Origin: Mobula hypostoma
Lineage: Eukaryota
Direction: 5' to 3'
Length of the DNA stretch: 64,000 nucleotides
Assembly (NCBI RefSeq): GCF_963921235.1
Contig: NC_086108.1
Location: 87,050,001 to 87,114,000, forward strand
Shown here one piece after another: positions 22,335-36,087 of this stretch. Under the pieces are notes generated by a model, which was not told the DNA's origin, did not search any database, and saw nothing but the letters and a program-made list of their open reading frames with translations. The translations under genes and the position numbers were made by a program. The number at the start of each line of letters is the position of its first letter. Positions within the stretch are counted from its first letter, which is position 1.

Positions 22335-23870
22335 TGGAGCTTAGAAAGATAGAGGGCTATGGGTAACCTTAGGTAATTTCTCAGTAAGTACATTTTTGGC
22401 ACAGCATTGTGGGCCAAATGGGCTGTTTTGTGCTGTAGGATTTCTATGTCTATGTTTCTAAAATGACATTGAATGTAATAAAACATAACGCATAGAACAG
22501 TAGAGCACAGGAATAGGCCCTTCAGGCCAAGATGCCTACAACAAGCATGAAGTCAATCTAAACAAATCACATCTGTCCACATCCCTCTATCGCTGTCTGT
22601 ATCTGCCTCAATGGTCCTTAAACATTGCTATCATATCTGCTTCGACTAACTTCCCTGGCAGCACATTCTAAGCACCAAAATCCCTCTGTATAAAAAAAGC
22701 TTGCATCATAAATTTCCTTCAATCTTTCTCCCCTGGCCTTAAACCAATTCCCACTAGTATTTGACATTTCAATCCCAAGGAAAAGACTCTGACCATCTGC
22801 CCTATTTACACCTCTCATACTTTTATTATAATTATTATTATTATTATTATTAGCGATACAGCACAGTAACAGGCTCTTCCAGCCCAAGGGGCCCTACACT
22901 GGCCAACCACACCCCTGTGACCAATTAATCGACAGACCCATAAGCCTTTGGAATATGGGAGGGAACTGGAGATCACCCTGTAGTCTCCAACACTCCCGAT
23001 GAAAACAACTCAAGTTAGTCCAATCTGATTTTATAGCTAGTACTCTCTAATTTATGTAACATTCTGGTGAACCTCTTTTGCACTCGTCCCAAAGCCTTCG
23101 CATCCTCCCTGTAATGTGCTAATCAGAACTGCAGGCAATACATCAGAAGTGGAAGAGCCAAAGTTCTATACAACTACAACATAACTTCCCATATTCAATG
23201 CACTGACTGATGAAGGCAAGAATGCCGTATGCATTTTTTACCACTCTATCCACTTGATTTACCAGTTTCAAGAAGCTATGGATTTGCACCTCGTACAGCA
23301 ATGCTCCTTAGAGCACTGCCATTTACTGTCTATCTTTATCTTGCACTGGGGCTTCCACAGTGTGCCACCCCACACTTGTTCAGATTACACCCCATCTGCC
23401 ACTTCTTCACACAACTTTTCAACTGATCAATACTCGGCTGAAGCCTTTGACAGCTCACTCACAATCGCCAAAATTTGTGTTATCTGCAAACTTACTAATC
23501 AGACCATCTACATTTTTGTCCTAGTCACTTATATACTAACAACAGAGGACACAGCACCAATCTTTGTGGAGCTCTACCAGGCAAATAACAACCATCCTCC
23601 ATTATCTTCTGTATTCTATGGCCAAGCTAATGTAGAATTCAATCAATCAAGTTACCATGAATTCCCAGAGAGCTAACTTTCTCAATTAGCCCACAATGAC
23701 AGAGCTTGTTAAAAACTTTACTAAATTTCATATAGCCAATATTTACTGACCTACCCTCATTTTTGGTACCTTCTTGAAAAATACAATCAAGTTTGTGAAC
23801 ATGACTTTCCCTGAACATAGCCATACAGACTATCCTTAGTAAATCTGTGCCTTTCCAAATATTCTAGATT
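22335..23870. mobile_element. Cluster of CR1 fragments (22335-22460 plus; 22485-22825 and 22975-23870 minus) with a SINE remnant and (TTA)n at 22826-22975
   Basis: CR1 tails ctatgtttcta and catagaacag; minus-strand YMKFSKVFNKLCH, a decayed YMDFSKAFDKVPH. Confidence 0.65.
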
Positions 23871-24553
23871 GAGGAGGAGTAGTAAAGGCTTGCTAATCTG
23901 TTTGGAAGAGGAATACCTAGAGCAAGGTACCAGAGGAAAGAATTTTTAAGAATGTTGGAACAGTGAGATTCGAAAAAGTTGCTGGAAATTTGAGATAAAA
24001 GGAACTGTTGGAAAGGGCAGATCGGGACCCATGTTCATTTTGCATCAGAGATAGCAATTCTCCTGCTGGCACTCTCAGTAAAGGAATTACACTGAAAAAT
24101 AATTTAAGAAAAAAAATTGGATCGCCTAAGGAATTCCAGCAGGTGGATCCCACTTCCAACCTTATTGGTAAGATACATCTATCCTCCAAAGATCACAAAC
24201 AAGGAATCCTGAAACCAGGGAGAACCCATCTTGGATTCTCTTTTCTGGCAAATGGGTGGTAGAACCTTTAACCTGAGGTCAACTGTTGTTCACGTCCAGA
24301 TTTGATTAAGTCATGCACTAAAATTATAAATCATCTCCCACTTTTGTGCATAGTACCTGCGGTTTGCACTGGCAATGAAGAACTTAAACTATCTCAACAG
24401 CTATGAGTGGCAAAGTCTTAAAGGAAGTCAAGTAGCTGTATGGTTGCTTTGTCAGAGTGAATCTGTGGAGCTCATGATTAGCCCTGATGTGTAGATTCTA
24501 GTACAAGGAAAAGGGAAAAAAAACTGACAGCATCTGTGTATGTGTATGTCCAT

Positions 24554-24739
24554 TGTAATGTATGGATCTATTTTATTTAGAGCAATGATTCCCCCCTCCC
24601 CCCCAATTTAGGACTATGCTTTGATCTGTTGTCTGTGCATCCTCCCTCCCTCTCTCTCTCCAATATGAATACACCAGTTAAAGCCATCTGTCGTCTGTGT
24701 GCTTTTGTTTAATTGATGTGTAGTTGTGCACAGGAACAA
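24554..24739 (+). repeat. 5' LTR
   Basis: TGTAATG...gtagttgtgcacag; homologous to 29336-29547. Confidence 0.85.
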
Positions 24740-24888
24740 TTAATTGGCAACAAGTACGAACCTGAATGTCAGGTAATATCAGGAACTGCGTCGACAGTGA
24801 CAGCAAGAGAGAAACAGCACGAGAAAGCCAAAGGACCCGTGAATAACAGTGAAAGTCGCATTGACTTTAATGTGAAAATAATGTGACA

Positions 24889-27800
24889 ATGGCTTCAGCT
24901 GGGAAGACTGACGAATTTGATAGCACTAGTGAAGGCTGGGAGTCGTATATTGAGAGGGTTGAACAGTATGGTAACACGAACAACATGCAGGAGCAAAAGA
25001 AAGCCCCTACACTTCTTAGCTTAACAGTAATCCCTGAAAAGCCATGAAGCAAGACATTTGATGATTTTACAAATTTTACAAAATCACTTGAGCCCTAAAC
25101 CACTGGCAAAAGCTGAGAGATCTAGATTTTACAAAAGGAATCAGTCAAAAAATGAAAGCCTTTCTGAATACTTTGCAGAATTGCGCAAACTTTCCCAGTA
25201 CTGTGACTTTAGAGATGGAATTTTGGGACAGGCTTGTATGTGGCACGCATAGTCCAAGCATTCAAAAGAGACTATTGTCTGAAATAAACCTAACCTTCGA
25301 ACTGGCATTGACCATTGCAACATCGTTACATACTGCAGCAAAGGATGCAGCAGGACTATGGAAAAGGAAGTTAGAATGTGAAATACACAAAATGTCCCTG
25401 AATGATGCAAAAAGCCAAAGATGTTATCGATGTGGCAAATCCTCCCATCATGCAAATGATTCTTGGTTCAAAGAAAAAGTTTGCAGAACGTGTCATAAAC
25501 AAGGGTACGTAGAGAGAATGTGCAAGGCAAACAAAAAGCACAACCAAGTGAAAAGTCTCAAACATAAAATTAAGCAAATACATAAAGTTACTGAATGCAA
25601 AACAGAATCAGACAACATAGGGTCTGACAACGGTGAACTGCCATGCCTAGAAATGCATAGTATCATTGAAGCAGAACACAAAATCATCAGGATCACAATG
25701 GATGTGTCTGGTGTAAAACTGAAAATGGAGCTGGATACAGAGTCTACTTGGTCTATAATTCCAGAGGCTGTCTACAACAGTCTGTTCTCTAAGATATCAT
25801 CAGAAAAGACCTCAGTGATGATAAAGACCTACACAGGTGAAAAAGTGTCCCCGAAAGGCAAACTGAAAGTGAAGGTGACTTATGAAGGCCAAACACAGCA
25901 GTTAAAGCTTTATATATTGAAAAGTGGTCGGGCCAGCACTTTCTGAATGTTGAGAAAAATCCTACTAGACAGGCACTCAATCAAAGCTCTCAGTGTAACA
26001 GCCACAGGCAACGGCAGCCCAACTGGTAGCACTAACCAGAGACTAGCTCAGCTACTTAATGTTAATGAGAAGGTGTTTGATAAGGGGATTGGTAAACTCA
26101 AAAGGCACGAAGGCCAGAACTGAACTGGATGAAACAGCAACACCAAGATTCCATAAAATGCATCCAGTGCCTTACACACTACGTCCTAAAGTGGATACTG
26201 AACTGCAGAGCTTGAAGGTTTCTAAAATTCTCTCCAAGGTTGAGTGGAGTGATTGGGCCACGCCCATTGTCTCAGTGATCAAGAAAGGGAAGGCTAGAGC
26301 CGTTCACATATGTGGGGATTTCAACTGGTGCTGCATACTATGTAGTATCCCCTGCCACGAACAGAAGACATTTGGCAGGTGGCGAGAGGTTTTCAATGAT
26401 TGACTTGTCACAAGCCAATCTGCAAATAGAGATTGAGGAGTCAAGCAGGAAGTTCTCACAATCAATACTCACAAGGGACTGTTCTGGTATAATTATCTCA
26501 TCTTTAGCATCGCACCAGCTCCAGCAATTTGGCAAAGAGCAATGGACCAAGTGCTCCAAGCTATCCCAGGAGCACAATGCTACCTTGACGGCATCATCAT
26601 GACTGGCAAAAATGTTAAAGAGCACCTTCAGAACCTCGGTAGTGCTTACCAGATTGAGTGAGCATGGCCTGCGCGCAAAGAAAGAGAAACGTGAGTTTTT
26701 CAAGAATTAAATCTCATACTGCGGACATGTCATTGACAAGTATGGCTTATAGAAGTCACAAGAGAAGACTGAAGTAGTGCTACAGGCACCCAAACCGGAA
26801 AATGCGTCACAACTGAAGTCATACTTGGACCTTGAAAAATACTACCACCAGATTCTCCCAAACATTGCTACAGTGCTGCACCTATTGAACACAATGTTAC
26901 AGACAGCAGCAAAGTGCGAACGGTCAGAAAGTTGTGAAAGAGCATTCAAGAAAACAAAGAGACTAATAACATCCGATGAACTGCTCACCCATTATAACCC
27001 ATCCCTGGCGTATGATGCATCCCCTTATGGCTTTGGAACCACTTTGTCGCACATTATTCCTGGTTCCTCAACCCCAGCTCCATAGCATAGAAAGCCCAGC
27101 AGCATCTCTATTTTCTGCGAAGACTGAGAGAAGTCCATCTCCCACCCCCATCCTCACCACATTCTACAGGGGTTGTATTGAGAGCATCCTGAGCAGCTGC
27201 ATCACTGCCTGGTTCGGAAATTGCACCATCTCGGATCGCGAGACCCTACAGGAGAGCTAAGAAGATCATCAGGGTCTCTCTTCCTGCCATTACAGACATT
27301 TACACTGCATGCTTCATCCATAAAGCAAATAGCATTATGAAGGACCCCACACACCCCTCATACAAACTCTTCTCCCTCCTGACATCTGGCAAAAGGCACC
27401 AAAGTATTTGAACTCTCACGACCAGACTATGTAACAGTGTCTTCCCCCAAGCCATTGGACTCCTCAATACCCAGAGCCTGGACTGACACCAACCTACCGC
27501 CCCCTACTGTGCCTATTGTCTTGTTTATTACTTATTGTAATGCCTGCACTGTTTTGTGCATTTTATGCAGTCCTGGGTAGGTCTGTAGTCTAGTGTAGTT
27601 TTTGTGTTGTTTTACATAGTTCAGTGTAGTTTTTGTATTGTTTCATGAAGCACCATGGTTCTGAAAAACGTTGTCTCATTTTTACTGTGTACTGTACCAG
27701 CAGTTATGGTTGAAATGACAATAAAAAGTGACTTGACTTGACTTGATTATGACAGATGGATCTGAACGTCCAATTGCGTTTGCTTCAAGGTCACTAATGA

Positions 27801-29198
27801 GCGCAGAATGCAACTGTGCACAGATCGATCGAAAGGCCCTTGGTCTAGTATGGGGAATAAAGAAGCTCCAGCACTACCTCTATGGACAAAAGTTTACACT
27901 AGTGACAGACCACCAGCCCCTCCTGTCCATTTTCAATCCCAGGAAGGAAATTCCGGTGATGACTGCTACCCGGTTACAATGTTGGGCACTACTCCTAGGA
28001 GACCACTCTTATGACATAGAGTTCAAGGGCGCCAAACAACACAGCAATGCTGATGGCTTGTCACATCTTCCACTACTGGTCACTGAAGAAGAAATGGCTT
28101 CATACTGTTACTGAGCAGCAGTGTTCCACATCGCTTTGGTGACCAGTTGCCGGTAACAAATTCCAACATACTAAGGGAAACAATGAATGACCCAACATTG
28201 TCAAAATCCTATGAAATCACCATGCAAGGATGGCCAGCTCATGGTAACCCTATGTTTCCAGAGTTCTCAGCAAGACAAGACCAACTATTAGTATGTCAAA
28301 GGATGCTGATGTGTGGATCTCGTGTTGTAATTCCCACTAAACTGCACACCAAAGTGTTAGAAAATCTGTATGAAGGACACCTGGGTACAGTCAAGATGAA
28401 GAGTCCAGCTCGGAGCTATGTATGGTGGCCTGGAATAGATAAACAGATTGATGCCCTGGCTAAAAGTTTTTTGGGATGCCAAAAAGTTCAAGATGCATCC
28501 TCACAGGTATGGTTACACCTGTGGGAGTGCATAAAGAAAAATGGCATCAGACGTTTCAAGTCAGCTCCTCACCACCCAGCAATGAATGGCTTAGCTGAAA
28601 GGTTTATCCAGGTCTTCAAGAAGTCCAATGAAGTGATGGACAAGGAGGAGATTTCTCTGCAGCACAAGGTGGACAACTTCCCTTTTTGTGTATTGGAACT
28701 CTGTTCATGCAATGATAAATCAAATACCTACAATGCTGTTCATGAGCAGGAATCTGAGATCTCACGTAGACCTCCTGAAACCAGATCTATGGAGGGAAGT
28801 ACAGAATAGACAGTTCTGCCAGTTGCCAAGTGAAGCAGCAAGGAGTTTCGAGGTTGGACAGAAAGACCTGGTGCATGATTACCAAGAAGTCAAGTGGACA
28901 CCCAGTAGCTACGAGAACTGGACCGCTGATGTACACAGTGGATTTTGGTGATCAAAAGTGGAGACGTCATGTGGACCAGATACTGGATGCTCAACTAAAG
29001 AACACACCTGAGTCAATTGCATCCAAGAGGACGGACACATTGCAACCACCAGACTTACCTCTCAGTGAAGGTATCACTAACAGCAACATGACATTGGAAA
29101 TTGAGAACATTATCGTTGCCAAGACACATCTCCAGATTTTACTCCACAGGTCCAGAAACGTTATCCTGAAAGAAGCAAAGTGCCACCCAAATGATTGA
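24889..29198 (+). pseudogene. Gypsy gag-pol pseudogene
   Basis: MASAGKTDEFDSTSEGWESYIERVEQY; knuckles CYRCGKSSH and CRTCHKQGY; protease MELDTES; RT WATPIV..ICGDF and YLDGII; RNase H DASPYG..ERPIAFASRSL..VTDHQPL; integrase GHLG..RSYVWWPG..CQ and SAPHHPAMNGLAERF; many frameshifts. Confidence 0.9.
27058..27745 (+). mobile_element. Rex1/Babar-type LINE 3' fragment inserted in the Gypsy RNase H
   Basis: ILTTFYRGCIESILSSCITAWFG; aataaa plus (GACTT)n tail; TSD ATTAT at 27053-27057 and 27746-27750. Confidence 0.88.
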
Positions 29199-29335
29199 AC
29201 CTTTAGATCTTTGAAGTTACTTGTGGACTGTTATTATGAAAGCATGTTAATTTGGAATATGCGTTTGTGAAAGGGAAAATAAATGTTTTGTACATGTACA
29301 GTTCTATGGTGCATTAATCTAAAGTAGGAGGAAAG

Positions 29336-29547
29336 TGTAATATATGGATCTATTTCTTTTAGAGCAATGACACCGCCTTAGCACTACGTATTGATCTGTT
29401 GTCTGTACATGCTCTGTTGTCTACGCATGCACATAGTTCTCTCCCCCCCCATCTCTCTCTCTCTCACAGCAATGTGAATACACTAGTTAAAGCCATGTCC
29501 CACATGTGTGCTTTTATTTAATTAATATGTAGTTGTGCACAGACATA
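29336..29547 (+). repeat. 3' LTR
   Basis: Follows the PPT; homologous to the 5' LTR; right end approximate. Confidence 0.85.
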
Positions 29548-30139
29548 CCTATAAAAGGGCAAACTTAGTAATTGATCAAGTGGAGGACAGTACTAAAAGG
29601 TAGCTCAGCTACAGACCTTGGAATTCTTCGTGTTTATCTGAGGGTGTAGGAGCATTTCAAATTGTACAGTGAAAGGATGGAAATATTTTCAGTTGAATCA
29701 CACCATTAAAATATAACATGAAGGCAAAGATGCTTAGCATGAAACAATACACGACAGCTTGAAGGTGATTTTCCTAGTAGAAACAATGCCAGATATCTGT
29801 GGCTGGTTGGAAATCTTACCTACAATCAATATCCTATTTAGCAGAGTAGCTACAAATAATTTCAACTCAGCACCATCTGAGGTTGTGAAAAATTATGAGT
29901 TAGGAATACATAATCAGAGATCAGGAGATTACAATTAGCAAATGTATATAGTAGGTGCTCTTAAAGATGTGATGTGGTATACCACACACTGTACAATGAG
30001 TTGTGAGTGGACTAATGGATGAACATTGTTAGTCTGAACTATTTAACAATCAAGGTTTAACCTAAGATAGCTACATTTATGGAAATGTGAAAGAATTTTC
30101 CTTATGCTTAACATTAGGGCAGACACTGAAAGAAAATCG

Positions 30140-30982
30140 TAAGTGATGGTGGAATGCCTGAAACGAGCGCAGTTGCTTCTGGTCAAGTAACGCTGAGCTG
30201 CAGTCTCCGTCAAGGCTCTGGCTCAAATTTAGTTGTTTTTCAATCTTGTAAGGTAGGTTTTGGGATCAGAGGGGAGGGGTTAGGGGTCTGGTTGGGGTTT
30301 AGGGACAGGGATATGGGGAGTTAGAGGTCAGGCTGGTGTCTAGGCCTCTGCTCCACAATCAAAGGACAGCGACATGGATGTGGGATGAAGGACCTCCAGG
30401 ATCAAGGCCTCCCGCTCCATGTTCAAAGGCCAACTACATGGATGAGAATGAAAGACATCCAGAGTCTAGGCTTCTGCTTCGCACTTGAAGGCGAGCAATG
30501 TGGACATGCGACAAAGGTCAGTCATGGATGTCCGGCTTTTCCATGTCGGTGGGTCCACGGATCGGATGTCCATGCGAGCAGGAAGCATGAAGGCAGTGAA
30601 TCGGTGAGCCCGGTGTTCGACCCAGGAGTTCGGGGACCCACTATCAGCTAGTCTAGGGGTCGATATCAAAGACAGAAGCTTGAAGGTTGATCCGAAGTCT
30701 GCACGTCGAAGTCCAATGGCTGAAGTCTGAAGACAGAGGTCCAGAGGCCTGTCCTGTGTTTACAGGACTTTCTATGCAAGTGGTTAGGTGCAAGGGCGGA
30801 AAAAGGCTGGTTTTGCTTTTCTGTGTTGCTTTTTATATTCTGTGTTGTTCTGACAAGCACTATGGACATGCTATCATAGTGCTGGAAGGTGTGGCAACAT
30901 CCTTAAGGTGTGTTGATTGTTAACACAAACCATGCATATCAGTGATCTACATGTGATGAATAAATGAATCCGAATCTGAATC
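30140..30982 (+). mobile_element. Unclassified non-autonomous retroposon with (CTGAAT)n-like tail
   Basis: Ends acatgtgatgaataaatgaatccgaatctgaatc; 3' part resembles SINE tails in this window; 5' end approximate. Confidence 0.45.
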
Positions 30983-31374
30983 GGCCAGAAGAGCATATAT
31001 GATGAGAGATTCTGCTTTTATTGCCTTGACAATGATTTGGCACAAGTATGTTAGTTCAGAATACAAATAATTCATTGCCCAGCGGCCCTGTTTTATAAGT
31101 CAAACAGAGTGGAACAAGTTTAACCAGAGATGGTCATGCAGTATATCAATGGCAGAAAACAATTACAGCAGGCATTCACAGAAAGGTTGTTTACAAAGCA
31201 TTGAGGTGAATGAAAAAAAGGAAGGAACACATTTTACACAGCAGATATGCCACTGGTGGCAATAAGAAAATCAATTTTTCCAGAACTCAAGATTGTTTAT
31301 GTCATTTCCAGTACACAAGTGTAAATGAAAATGAAATAACTGGAATAAAAAATTAATAATCAAGGAAAAAGTAT

Positions 31375-32076
31375 TCAGTGCTGACTACAGTTCTTTACGG
31401 GAATGGGACCTGCTCTCGGGGTTTCACGAATGGCCGTTATTCAGCACGCCAAGGGCTTGGCCTAGGAGCTTCACTTGCCTTCGGAGGACCAAGATTTCGT
31501 GGCTCTGGAGACGGAGGGATGGGAGGTCAGTGTCCGGGCACAAGACCAGTGTGTCGTAAGAGATGGAAGATCAGGCTGTGTGCCCAGAGACCTGAAATAT
31601 TTGGGCGCAGAGCTCAGAATAAGCAGCGCAATGGACTTTTTAACATCGTAAACCAGCAAGTTGTTATGTCTCCCCTCTCGCTGTGAAACGGAGGCGCCTC
31701 TTTCTCCCTTATTAGGGAGAGGGAGAAAGAGAGAGAGAGCCTGTGGTATGTCCTGTACTGGGTGAACAAGTAGTCTTTGGGTTACTGCAAGTCTGTGTCT
31801 TTGCTGTTGCCTCGCTCATGCTTGAGTGCTCGGTGGCGGGTGCCGATGCTTTTTTTTTCCGGTGGGGGGAGGGGGTGATCATTGTGTGCTGCCACTTACA
31901 CGTGGGAGGGAAGGGAGCTTGGGGGGAACTTTGGGATTCAAACGTTTAACTGTTATTCATTCTTTGGGGGCACTTCTCTGTTTTTGTGGATGGTTGCGAA
32001 GAAAAACCGTTTCAGGATGTATGTTGTATGCATTTCTCTGATGTTAAATGTACCTTTGAAACCTTTGAAACCTTTG
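31375..32076 (+). mobile_element. SINE-like element with (AACCTTTGA)n tail
   Basis: Tail acctttgaaacctttgaaacctttga; strong similarity to 57155-57592. Confidence 0.7.
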
Positions 32077-34629
32077 ATATATGATGAATATACTCTTCTC
32101 GGGCTTCCAGCTGAGTTTATTCGTAACAATCAAGGCATTAGCATGAATATTGACACTTGCAGACTGTTCTGTCATGGGATGGGATGCATATAAACAAAGA
32201 TTTAATGAGGTGTCATTGGCTAGAAGCACATTAAAATTGAAAGCATCTTCTAGTGACACCCTGAGAATATTAGGATAAATGAAATGTGTCATCGCCAATA
32301 ATGAGCAGAAGGAAGGTTACGAATTACAATGGCTGATTATGTTAACAGGCTAACTCTCTGGAAAGTGAGTGGTTGAAAGTGTCGTGAATGGATTGGATGT
32401 ATGACATCTCTATTGCGGGAAGCTTCAGGGACAAAATGAAGAAATATTTTAAGGATTTGTATGTGAGCATCAAGGGGTACAAAGTGCTAAGTTGATCTAC
32501 TGCAAACCGAAGCCAATAATAATAAAATTTAACAGGCTTGAACAACATGGAGCATGGATGAAAATGGCACAGAATTATTGAAGAGCACTCAATAAGGAAA
32601 TACTAATGCCAATAATACCATCTATTTCTGTTAAAGTTATAAAGTGACTTTTGAGTTTAGTCAGAGGAGTAGATGCCTCTGCCCACACCTCAAGACTGAA
32701 GTGCTAGTTAATGGGAACAAAAGCTTTCATTAAGCCTGTTTGTTTTACACTCAATATCAACAAATATGTCATTGCTATTTGAAAATTAACATCCACTAAA
32801 TGATGTGATTTTATACTCACTGTCACAGTGTGTGCTAGCAATGACGGATCCCAAATATGGAGGAAAGACAGACTCCCATGTAGAGATGGCAAAAAGAGTT
32901 TACACATAGGAATTCCAACAGGACATTGGAGACTCGACTGAGCGACACCATGAGATGAAACGTTCTCCGAAACAAGGATAATGCCCACTTTAATAGTACA
33001 GGTGACCCGGAAGGCTGAAGTGTATCAACATAAACTTAACAAGGTTAAACAATTAATGACATAAGTTAAACTACAATTACCCAGTTAAGGTACTCTTATA
33101 AACGTAGAAGCGAAATGCTCTATGGCTCCCTGCGCAGGCCCAGAGAAGTCATTACACCCACATAGAAGAAAATTATTACCAAAAGCATTCCAACCAAGAA
33201 TGGAGACAAAGCCATGCCAGATCCAGCCTTGTGTGTACAATCAACATGACATTATAATTGCATTAAAAGAAGAAAGACTTTAGAAGTCCATTTCAATATA
33301 ACAAGAAGCTTAAGAAAAACACATATGATTTCTGTAAAAGAAAATAAGTTATTTAGATCTGAGGGTTGATGAAAACAGACCACAGACAATTAAAGAGAAA
33401 CTAAGGTCACCGTCAATGACAAAAAATATAATTGACACCCAGTCATTTTCAAGTACTATTAACTCTGTGCTTGACCCAAACACATTTCATTATGTGCTGA
33501 TACTATTTCACCATCTATTGATGAAAAGGTTGCAGATTAAAGATTCTGATTCTCATTGTGATTCAAATGATATTATTCTATGGAAGAAAAGCCTTAGTGG
33601 TGACTCATACATCATAAAACCAATGCTAAAATCTGTTTACTTCCAACCGTGCAGTCAAGGCTGTGATTAGACATGTCATATACAATGACAATTGCAAGTC
33701 TATTGCTTCAAATCTGATCAATCGTAAAAACTACTCTCTTCAGGTACAGGAGAAAATACTGGTGATTTCATATGGATTTCCAAAATATGCAAATGCAGTC
33801 CTGATATGGTATCTCAACCTGAAACACCAACAAATCATTTCTTCCAGACAGATGTTGCTTGATCCAAAGATTATTTTCACCAGCCATTTGTTTTTTACTC
33901 CACATTCCAACATCCGCACTTTCTTGTGTTTTCATATGCAATAATGGTTGTGAATAATTTTTGCAAATTTATGGCTATCATCCAAATAAGGACTGTCTGA
34001 TGTGATGAACTGCTCTCTGAGTTGCAACCATGTAGAAGATTCCAGAGATGCAATGAGGAGAGCCCTTGATTAAACATGTACACTTTGCTTGGACTCCTCA
34101 TGCCTTTTTGTAAAAGTTTACATTCTACAATGGGATTTAAGAGGTTAAGAATTAACTGAGCTCATAACAACATGGTTTGTGGATAGAGAGAGGCTTAAGC
34201 GAATTATAGGGGGCTTCGGATTTGTTTACTCAATTGTCCTGAGCATGATTTGCCAACTATCAGCTTGCTGATGAGATTATTGAAAATACTATTAGGATAA
34301 ATCACTGGGGGAATCATTTCTTATAAAAGATTGATTGATCATCCAGACAGTATTCAGCTTCTCTTTCCAAGTAATACCATTTGGAAGAAACCAAGGGATA
34401 ATTGAAGGTACAATTTCAAACTTCATCTCCCTTTTTTAAGTTACAACTGCAGATGTCAATCATAGATGTGTAAGTAAGCTTAAGGCTATGGACATAACCT
34501 GCAGTAATATGATTTTGTGTATATGACAGAAAAAAAATGAGCTTCTAAAGAGCATTATTTAATTACAAGTGTAAAATTTGAATGGATTATTAATTTAATT
34601 TTCTTTAATGAAAATAAAAAGTTAACTTT

Positions 34630-35221
34630 CATTTTGAGAGAACAAGAATATAAAAGCAAGGATGTACTGCCAAGGCTGAATAAGGCTTAATTAGACAGCA
34701 TTGTGATCAATTTTGGACGCTATATCTAATGAAAGATGTGCTGGCCCAAAGAGGTCCACAAGAATGATCCTGGGAATGAAAAGGCTTCATATATGAAGAG
34801 TGTTTGATAACTCTGGGAATATACTCTATTGAGTTCAGAAGGATGAGGGGAGATCTCATTAAAACCTACCAGACACTGCAAGGCCTGGATAGAGTGGGCC
34901 TAGAGAGGCTGTTTCCATTGGTAGAAGATTCTAGGATCTGAGAGCACAGCCTTCGAATAAAAGGATGACTCTTTAGAACTGAGGGGGAGGAACTTCTTCA
35001 GTCAGAGGGTGGTGAATCTGTAAACACAAATGACTGTGGAGACCAGGTCATTAGGTGCATTTAAGGCAGAGAGTGAAAACTTTTTGATTGGTAAGGGGGT
35101 TAAAGATTATGGGGCAGAAAGTGGGAGAATGGGTTTGAAAGAAGAAAAAACATCAGGCAGATTGAATGATAGAGCAGACTCAATAGGCTGGAGGGCCTAA
35201 TTTTGATCCTATATCATACGG
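34630..35221 (+). mobile_element. Old CR1 3' fragment
   Basis: gaaggatgaggggagatctcattaaaacctac; aacttcttcagtcagagggtggtgaatctg. Confidence 0.75.
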
Positions 35222-35714
35222 TGTCAGTACCTCCAGTTGAACTCTGTCTTTTTGTGTACTTCCCCCAGCTGTTAGTCTGCGGTGTTGTATTGCCATGTGC
35301 TCCTGTCCCCACTCGTGCTCTACTCCGGCCCCTGTGTTACTGAGTACTCCGTCTCTCTTCTGTTTCTCATTATTACCTGTATTGCTGCCCCCTGTGTCTC
35401 ATTGTGCTCCACCTATCATCTGCCTCTCTGTTTATTGCTCAGTGTATTTCAGTCCTGTGTTTTCACCTGTTTGTTGCCAGATTGTGCCAGTGAATTTTCC
35501 TGGGTCTTTCCAGCATTTGTATGTGTACTCTGTCCATCTGAGTATTGACTCTGCCTGTTTCCCAATTCTGGTTTTTGGATTTCTCTGGATGTTTTGATCT
35601 CTGCCTGAACTTTGACACCAACTTTGTTTGCACCTTGGGATTTGTTACTCAATTAATATCACTGTGTGCGCAGTACTGGGTCTGCGATTGGACCTCTGCT
35701 CCAGCATCCTGACA
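35222..35714 (+). mobile_element. Solo LTR (493 bp) inserted in the CR1 tail
   Basis: TGTCAG...CTGACA termini; flanking 5-mers TACGG / TACGA. Confidence 0.75.
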
Positions 35715-36087
35715 TACGATCATAATACTTCCATGGTTTAAAAGATGTTCTAATATTCAGTTTGAATTAAACATTTAATTTGCAAACTGAAATCTGGATG
35801 TTGCTGTGTTTTTGTTGCAAGAGAAATAATGAAACAGAGCAGTAATTCTGAAATATCCTAAACCATAGACAATTCCTATCCCTATGAATAAAGAATGCTT
35901 TCTTTACATATTTTCATTTTCCAGGATCATGGCATTGCTCGCAGGGCCAGCATCCATCGCCCATCTTTAATTGCTCTTGAGAAAGTGGAAGTATGTTGCC
36001 TTCTTTCTGGAGAACATACTTCCAAGCTAGTAATGGAGATGGAGTTCAAGGATTTAGCTTCCGTAACAATGAAGGTTTTGTAATATA

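Larger units (their letters stand above)
24554..29547 (+). mobile_element. Ty3/Gypsy LTR retrotransposon with both LTRs, decayed gag-pol
   Basis: Direct repeats starting TGTAAT.TATGGATCTATTT at 24554 and 29336; PBS-like ttggcaacaag at ~24744; PPT aaagtaggaggaaag at 29321-29335; domain order gag-PR-RT-RH-IN. Confidence 0.92.

Noticed and set aside
32780..33300. Purine-rich, exon-like stretch
   Set aside because: Frames I translated hit stops quickly and show no recognisable motif
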